From assembly GCA_964016885.1 (NCBI GenBank), contig CAXHJY010000874.1, positions 1-64,000 on the forward strand: DNA of 64,000 nucleotides, read 5' to 3'. The notes under the pieces are model-generated. The model was not told where the DNA came from. It searched no databases and saw only the letters and a list, made by a program, of their open reading frames with translations. Position numbers and translations under genes: made by a program. Of this stretch, positions 55,578 to 64,000 are shown one piece after another (the stretch's first letter is position 1; every line of letters begins with the position of its first letter). Origin of the DNA: Eledone cirrhosa. Its lineage: Eukaryota.

Positions 55578-55770
55578 ATATAAGTTATTCCGCGCTGAAT
55601 CGGAGGTAACCACAGTAAGTAAGGTACTCAATACATAGCAGAGTATAACAGTTTTAATATAGAAGAGCTTCTACAGGACTAGAACTGTTTCATTCGTAAG
55701 CAATCAGCTCCCTGATTATTTCTCACGAATGAAACAGTTCTCGTCCTGTAGAAGCTCTTCTATATTAAAA
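55578..55770. mobile_element. Fold-back element, family C
   Basis: Arms ~55652-55698/55727-55770 with GAAAC-AGTTCT(A/C)-GTC-CTG; left tail; related inverted copy at 63400-63540. Confidence 0.65.
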
Positions 55771-55785
55771 TATATATATATATAT

Positions 55786-55954
55786 TGTTATATTGGGGGA
55801 GGGTTATATTGTTATAATATTGCCAGAAATAATAATAGAACACACTCACTGTTTGGTTTGGATTGGTTTTCCCTTCTCTATCTCTTATATCTCCATAGTT
55901 AATTTATCTGGCAATCAATGTTTGTCGTTGATTGATAAACTGTTAAAAATACAA

Positions 55955-55997
<43 letters not shown>

Positions 55998-56085
55998 AGC
56001 AAAGTTCTTTCGTCTCACATCTGTGACATCATCAGTGGTACTTTTATGTTTCCTCCCGTTGTATTGTAATGCCTACGCCATTTAT
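55786..56085 (-). mobile_element. Family B HHR element
   Basis: HHR at 56000-56037 (-): CTGATGA-t-GTCACA-gatg-TGAGAC-GAAA-GAAC-TT. Confidence 0.7.
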
Positions 56086-56086
56086 A

Positions 56087-56152
<66 letters not shown>

Positions 56153-56163
56153 TATATATGTAT

Positions 56164-56239
<76 letters not shown>

Positions 56240-56243
56240 GTAT

Positions 56244-56304
<61 letters not shown>

Positions 56305-56315
56305 TATATATGTAT

Positions 56316-56359
<44 letters not shown>

Positions 56360-56363
56360 GTAT

Positions 56364-56424
<61 letters not shown>

Positions 56425-56435
56425 TATATATGTAT

Positions 56436-56507
<72 letters not shown>

Positions 56508-56511
56508 GTAT

Positions 56512-56584
<73 letters not shown>

Positions 56585-56614
56585 TATATATATATATACA
56601 CATATATATATATG

Positions 56615-56669
<55 letters not shown>

Positions 56670-56673
56670 GTAT

Positions 56674-56740
<67 letters not shown>
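56086..56740. repeat. Compound (TA)n with recurring CATATATATATATGTATATACATACA interruption
   Basis: Directly visible. Confidence 0.95.
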
Positions 56741-56761
56741 TGTGTGTGTAGAGAGAGAGAG

Positions 56762-57007
<246 letters not shown>

Positions 57008-57060
57008 GGAAGGAGGTGTGGTAAGGAACCAGAAATAGCCGTCGGGGTCAAACATTTTCG

Positions 57061-57108
<48 letters not shown>

Positions 57109-57460
57109 CATATTAATTTGAAAAAAGAGAGTCCCGCGTGGCTATAAACATAAGAATGAATTAAATATGGCGAAGACTGGGAAATGAACGAATACAGTAG
57201 TCCCATCTCATCAGTCGACCGTCAGAGATACGTTGTTTTGGTGCTTTAAGGTTACAACTGGCTCTAGTGCTCACAGGAAAGTAGCAAATAGACAACGGAT
57301 AAGACGATAGTCTTAACAACTACTTTCAAATAATTGTTTCTACTTTTGGCACAAAGCCAGCAATTACCCTGTACATTACTGGTACTTTATTTTATCGTCC
57401 CCGTAAGGATGAAAGGCAAAGTTAACCTGGCCTTGGTGGCCTTGTGCCAAATGTAGAAAC

Positions 57461-57498
<38 letters not shown>

Positions 57499-57503
<5 letters not shown>

Positions 57504-57940
57504 AAAGAATAGAGGTGTAACACACAAGTTATTATATATTGGTAAACGGAATAGAAAATGCTGACAAATTGTTCACAGTTGAAAAATGGTTTAATTAGGA
57601 ATAAAAGAGTATTAGTGATTGTATGGGTTAGTATTCAGTTGTGGTTTTAAGTTTTTAAGTTTTTACCGGTTGCGCATTTCTAAATGCTTTTCAAAAATAA
57701 TTTTGAGATAGAGTGTCCGTGCTGTTTGCTTTGCTCTGATCTGAGCAAACAGCACGGACACTCTATCTCAAAATTATTTTTGAAAAGCATTTAGAAATGC
57801 GCAACCGGTAAAAACTTAAAAACTTAAAACCACAACTGAATACTAACCCATACACTCACTAATACTCTTTTATTCCTAATTAAACCATTTTTCAACTGTG
57901 AACAATTTGTCAGCATTTTCTATTCCGTTTACCAATATAT
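57499..57940. mobile_element. Fold-back element, ~195-bp arms
   Basis: Arms ~57533-57730/57744-57940; left tail 57499-57532; degenerate HHR at 57776-57814. Confidence 0.75.
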
Positions 57941-57958
57941 ATATATATATATATATAT

Positions 57959-58520
57959 ATACAAATTAATATAAATTAATATATGATAAACACTAATACA
58001 AGTATATTGGTGTTTGTATTGCAAATGACCAAGTTAGCTAGATTGAAAAATACTAATTAAATTAATACAGTTTTCCTGTCTCGATTTAAAATAATAAATC
58101 AATAAAAACAAACCCATATTGGCAATAGCTGTGATACCTGGACAAATTTAAATTTCAAAATTCAATTCTGTTTCGCAACAATAAGTGAAAATTCCATTTC
58201 TGTGCTTCTGAATTTTCACTTATTGTTGCGAAACAGATTTGAGTTTTGAAATTTAAATTTGTCCAGGTATCACGGCTATTGCCAATATGGGTTTGTTTTT
58301 ATTGATTTATTATTTTAAATCGAGACAGGAAAACTGTATTAATTTAATTAGTATTTTTCAATCTAGCTAACTTGGTCATTTGCAAAACAAACACTTATAT
58401 ACTTGTATTAGTGTTTATCATATATTAATTTATATTAATTTGTATTTCACGGCTCAGAAATATTTCTTTCTTTGAGCTATTTAATTGTAAAAGACTGTTT
58501 GAGTTTATAACTCTATATAT
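57959..58520. mobile_element. Fold-back element, ~235-bp arms
   Basis: Arms ~57959-58194/58210-58445; right tail to ~58515; GCGAAAC close to the centre. Confidence 0.72.
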
Positions 58521-58521
58521 A

Positions 58522-58574
<53 letters not shown>

Positions 58575-58840
58575 TGTGTTGTGTTATTAATTCTGGCAAT
58601 ATTATTACAACAATATGACCCTCCCCAAGTATATATATATATGAATCACCCAGAAACATTAGTGTCTGCAGTTCTGTTTACATGCTAACACAAGAGCAAG
58701 AATGACAGAGTTATTCTACTGACATGGCTTTAAAAGGGGCTGTTTGCATAATTGCAAACCAATCGAATGTTATTATTGATATTCGAAAAACTCAGATTAC
58801 ATTTATCGTATTCAGCAATGTAGAGCGATAAACTATTTAT

Positions 58841-58941
<101 letters not shown>

Positions 58942-59307
58942 CCCTGTAATCCACACATATATTGTATATATTTAGCATTGATTCCTTTTCCCTTTTGATC
59001 CCGTCACTCCTGGTGGAGTCGTAGGGGCAATGTTTTGAGGCAATTTAAGCCTAGCGAAGGCCACCCCTCTCCAGGCCTCAGTACATCAGATTTCTTCCTG
59101 GGAAGGACAGAAAGTGAGAGAAAGGAAATGGAAAAGAGATATAGCGGAACAATCGACTCCAGAACTAGACAGGGATTTTTTTATCCACCACCAAAGGGTG
59201 AAAGGCAAAGTTAACCTTGGTGGGATTTGAACTGAGGGAGCAGAGAGTCGAAACGAATACTATAAAGCATTCTATCTGACGTTCTAAAGACTCTGCCAAT
59301 TCGTTGC

Positions 59308-59361
<54 letters not shown>

Positions 59362-60475
59362 GCCAAAGAACAAAACAAAAAGGAGTGCAATACGAACGGT
59401 GTTGGTATTAGGTTCACGCTTGAGAGTGGGGGCTGTATATATATAGATATAGATATATATATAAATAAATATACACGGGTGTGTATGATTGTGTATAGAA
59501 GATTATATTAATAAAAGGAATTCCAACTTTGTCTGATTTACTCGTTTTATTTACAATCCTTTAAAATTTATAATGGTATTAGAATGAAATAGTATGGTAG
59601 AATATTAAATGTTAAGTACTTTCATGCTTTCGCAATCTTCAGGTTCATATTGTGTGGTGACAGTCAAGTTTGCAATTTTCAACTGTAATGAGATGGGTAA
59701 ATTCTGTGCCTTATATACAGTTAAAAGCTGCTACAGAATGCTAAATTCTGCAAACTGTAGTTCGACCAATCGGTGTGTAGGTTCACTGGATTATTAAAGC
59801 TGATTGGTTTAGGCGTCACGGTTGGTTTAGCATGTCTAACGACTACTAATTGACCCTATCCAAAGCATCAATTGTTTTTCTATTTTTAGAAATGATGAAA
59901 ATAGCATTTTCTAGTAATCATCACCATCAACATCACTTTTATTATTATTATTGTTGTTGTTGTTGTTGTTAGTGGTCGTAGTCGACATGGTCGTAGTCAT
60001 AGTCATAGTAGAAGTAATACCCCTAAGCATTATTATTGTTCATTTAGCTTGGGTTGGAATTTATCAATAAAATTCTTTTCTTTGATTTTTCTCTTGATTT
60101 CACTTGGGCTGTGTAATTTGTAGAATGAGAATATTATAAATATTCTCTGACCACATGTTGCTAGATGGTTACTCAGGGGTATCTGACGGACATTTGGGTC
60201 TCTGATTTACTGTCGGTGCACCCGTGCACGTTCCGATAGTGCATTTCCAGTTTGACCGACATATAGTTCTTCACAATTCGGGCATTTAATGCAGTAAATT
60301 AGATTTCTGCTTTTGCAGTTCATATTTGCATTTAGGAATTTTTCCAGTTTTTGTGTTCATATATTGACCGGCGTGTATGGATTGACATGTGCCACATCGA
60401 CTATCATTGCATTTAGATACAGTGAATGATTGGTCTTTGTTGTTAAGGTCAAACTTTGCTTTTGTTAGTAATTGC
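59362..60475 (-). mobile_element. Neptune-type PLE 3' end (Zn linker + GIY-YIG + HHR)
   Basis: LLTKAKF..KCNDSRCGTC..NMNCKSRNLIYCIKCPNCEELYVGQTG..RVHRQ..FIDKFQPKLN (60475-60043, with lesions). HHR-like CTGAAGA-t-TGC-gaaa-GCA-t-GAAA-GTAC-TT at 59609-59648 with a weak stem I. Confidence 0.82.
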
Positions 60476-60654
60476 TTCGACCCGTAAGGAGGAAAAGCAA
60501 AGTTAACCTCGGCGGGATTGGAACTCAGACCGTAAAGGATTGCAACTCCATGCTGCAAAGCATGGTTTCCGACTCTACCGATACTGCCAATCCACCGCCT
60601 TAATCCACCGTAAATAATAGCAACATTAGCCATTCTATCATAGTGTGTTCATAA

Positions 60655-60975
60655 AGGTGCGTGGCTTTGTGGTTAGGATATTCGGTTCACAATCGTAAGT
60701 TCATGAGTTCGATTCCAGACGGCGCGTTGTGTCATTGCGCAATACATGTTATTTCACGTTGCTCCAGTTCACTCAGCCGGCAAAAATGAGTTGTGCCTAA
60801 AATTCGAAGGGCCAGCTCTGTCACATCCTGTGTCACACTGAATCTCCCTGAGAGCTACGTTAAGGGTACACGTATCTGCGGAATACTCAGCCACTTGCAC
60901 GTTAATTTCACGAGCAAGCTGTTCCGTTGATCGTATCAACTGCAACACTCGACGTTGTAACCGACGGAGTGCCAG
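60655..60975 (+). mobile_element. Full-length tRNA-derived SINE (second family)
   Basis: A box TGGCTTTGTGG, B box GAGTTCGATTCC; body shared with other copies. Confidence 0.8.
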
Positions 60976-60976
60976 T

Positions 60977-61092
60977 TATACACTATCTACATATCAGTAA
61001 ACAATAGCAACATTCTAAGAACGTCCTGACAATAAATTAAAGTTGCAACTGGAGAAGATATTATTTATTAAGGGCAGTGGATTGGCAGTATC

Positions 61093-61146
<54 letters not shown>

Positions 61147-61255
61147 GATACTGCCAATCCACTGCCCTTAATAAATAATATCTTCTCCAGTTGCAACTTT
61201 AATTTATTGTCAGGACGTTCTTAGAATGTTGCTATTGTTTACTGATATGTAGATA

Positions 61256-61262
<7 letters not shown>
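60977..61262. repeat. Perfect ~120-bp inverted duplication centred on (TA)n
   Basis: 60977-61096 is mirrored at ~61143-61262. Confidence 0.92.
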
Positions 61263-61329
<67 letters not shown>

Positions 61330-61719
61330 TCCCTTACAAGTTGAGCTATTAAGTTGTGCGTGTTGGACTGTTATTTCTGTTCAATACGCGCTTACCACGT
61401 TTGACTGGCGAAGCACGAGGTGATGAATTCATCTTTCTGTGTGAACGTTGGCAAATAGTGTTTGTGGCATTTAATCGCAATCTCTCGCTGATGAAGCCCA
61501 GGATTATCTGTTACAAACACACTCAGGGCGAAACAGATTAGGGATAATCTGTCCGAGAGATATAATGGTTATTGAGGCGGTTTGTATTATTATGATAATA
61601 TATTTTTATTTTCATTTTGTCATTCTGTCTGTTTCTTGGTTAAATATTTCAAGCATATGTGGTTTTTCAACCCTTGTAATTTTAGACACACGGTTTACTG
61701 TGTTTCTTACTATATATTG

Positions 61720-62147
<428 letters not shown>

Positions 62148-62379
62148 GCGTGTGGCTGAGTGGTTAGAGAATTGGATTCGCAATCGTAAGGTTGTGAGTT
62201 CGATTCCTGGACCAGGCGATGCGTTATGTCCTTGAGCAAGACACTTTATTTCACGTTGCTCCTTCTACCTGGAGTTGCGACCGATAGATAGTATTAGCAA
62301 TTGGAAAGACCAACGGAAACATTGTTCCCTCGGTCCGATTTGACGAAAGTCGATCGTTCCTAAAAAAAAAAAATATATA

Positions 62380-62985
62380 TATACAGTTCAAGAGTAACCA
62401 ATCTTAAAGAGAGAGATATGAGAGGAAAGATTGGTGAGTTAGTTAGAAGGCATGTGCTCAATGTGCAATATGCAGTAGAAAGCAGCTAGGTGGCTGGGTT
62501 CATGCAGAGGTTAGGTGCGCAGAGCTGGAAATATTCATTAGTTAAGCAAAACAAGACCACAAATTTCACAAGGAAGACATTATTAAAAGATTGTCAACAT
62601 ATTTAGTTTGATGTAAGGAATGTAGAGAATAATAATAATAATATCATAATTGATCTGGTTCAGTTGAAAATAATTAACATATTTAAAAACAGAGTGGCTC
62701 ATCGGAACTCAAAGGAATATAAATTAAAATAATGTCACTCTGTTTTTAAATATGTTAATTATTTTCAACTGAACCAGATCAATTATGATACATAGTCATC
62801 TGATCCAGAAATATTATACGGAGTAGCGAAACAATTGTAAACGGGCATTATTATTATTAATATTATTATTATTATTATTATTATTCTCTACATTCCTTAC
62901 ATCAAACTAAATATGTTGACAATCTTTTAATGATGTCTTCCTTGTGAAATTTGTGGTCTTGTTTTGCTTAACTAATGAATATATA
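62380..62985. mobile_element. Nested fold-back element
   Basis: Outer arms ~62531-62642/62868-62982; inner arms ~62643-62696/62736-62790; unpaired insert with GAAACAATTGTA. Confidence 0.65.
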
Positions 62986-63095
62986 TATATATATATAATG
63001 GAAAAATTTGAACAGGGACAAAACAGAGAGGCAGTACAACGAATGTTTATTAATTTCACGCTCTGGGGAGTGGGGTATCTCTATATATATATATA

Positions 63096-63355
63096 ACAAA
63101 GAAAGTGTGGTAAGGAACCGGGTGAACGATAACGCACATTTTCAGAGTACGCGATACTTAGGGTAGTAGAGTGGGTAATAGGAAAAGAGTCAGGACCCCG
63201 ACGGCTGAGCTCCGGCTGTTTTGACAGCTAGATCCAAACTAAACCAGTAGTATTAGGACGGTAGGGACCTAGATGAACTTATCAAGGGGTACAGTCCATA
63301 TATGGGCATGCTATAGAAACGGCCGGAGCTCAGCCGTCGGGGCCCTGACTCTTTT

Positions 63356-63360
<5 letters not shown>
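63096..63360. mobile_element. Fold-back element, family A (longest copy)
   Basis: Tail 63096-63176; arms ~63177-63220/63316-63360; near-complete degenerate HHR at 63264-63345 (GGGACC-tAGATGA..GAAAC-GGC..GCC-GTC-GGGGCCC). Confidence 0.75.
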
Positions 63361-63406
<46 letters not shown>

Positions 63407-63732
63407 AAGGGCTTCTACAGGACTAGTACTGTTTCATTCGGGAGAAATCATTATATATACAATTTTTATACTCTGCTATGTATTGAGTACCTTACTTACA
63501 GTGGTTATCCCCGATTGAACCCTGGATAAACTTATCTTATATATATATATATGGGGGGGGGGTTAAGTAAAGGAATTCACTCCTTCAGATTCTTGCCATC
63601 AACAGTGATGGTAACATCCTCTACTTGTCTGAGAGAGGTTGGCTTTGGTTGATGTACCACCTCAGTCTTCTTAATGCTGATGAGGATTGTTAAACCAAAT
63701 GCTTTACAGGCAAGCGAGAAACAGTTCATATA

Positions 63733-63960
<228 letters not shown>

Positions 63961-64000
63961 ATTACCTCCCTTAGATCACAATCGCCTTTCCTCCATTTTT

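Overview
AT-rich, microsatellite-dense animal DNA, intergenic or intronic. The SINE families and (TA)n/(TACA)n load suggest an octopod cephalopod (inference). I see no confident host gene, and almost all ORF-track hits are translations of simple repeats. The window holds fragments of three Penelope-like retroelement (PLE) lineages: a decayed RT+GIY-YIG copy at 13980-16901, a Naiad-type GIY-YIG 3' end at 24963-26419 that the ORF track misses, and Neptune-type pieces. It also holds a DD37D maT transposon, a mariner relic, MITEs, RTE-LINE 3' ends, many copies of two tRNA-derived SINEs, a 7.7-kb 69-bp minisatellite with higher-order repeats and a 1.2-kb 18-bp repeat. The main signal is about ten short non-coding elements of several unrelated families embedded in (TA)n tracts. 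They carry minimal hammerhead ribozyme (HHR) motifs or HHR 3' halves, and most share one architecture: an asymmetric fold-back with both 3' ends pointing outward, a long tailed arm and a short arm ending at an internal TAT motif. One is a tandem 422-nt HHR-to-HHR retrozyme-like array. All coordinates were read by eye and edges may be off by a few bases.
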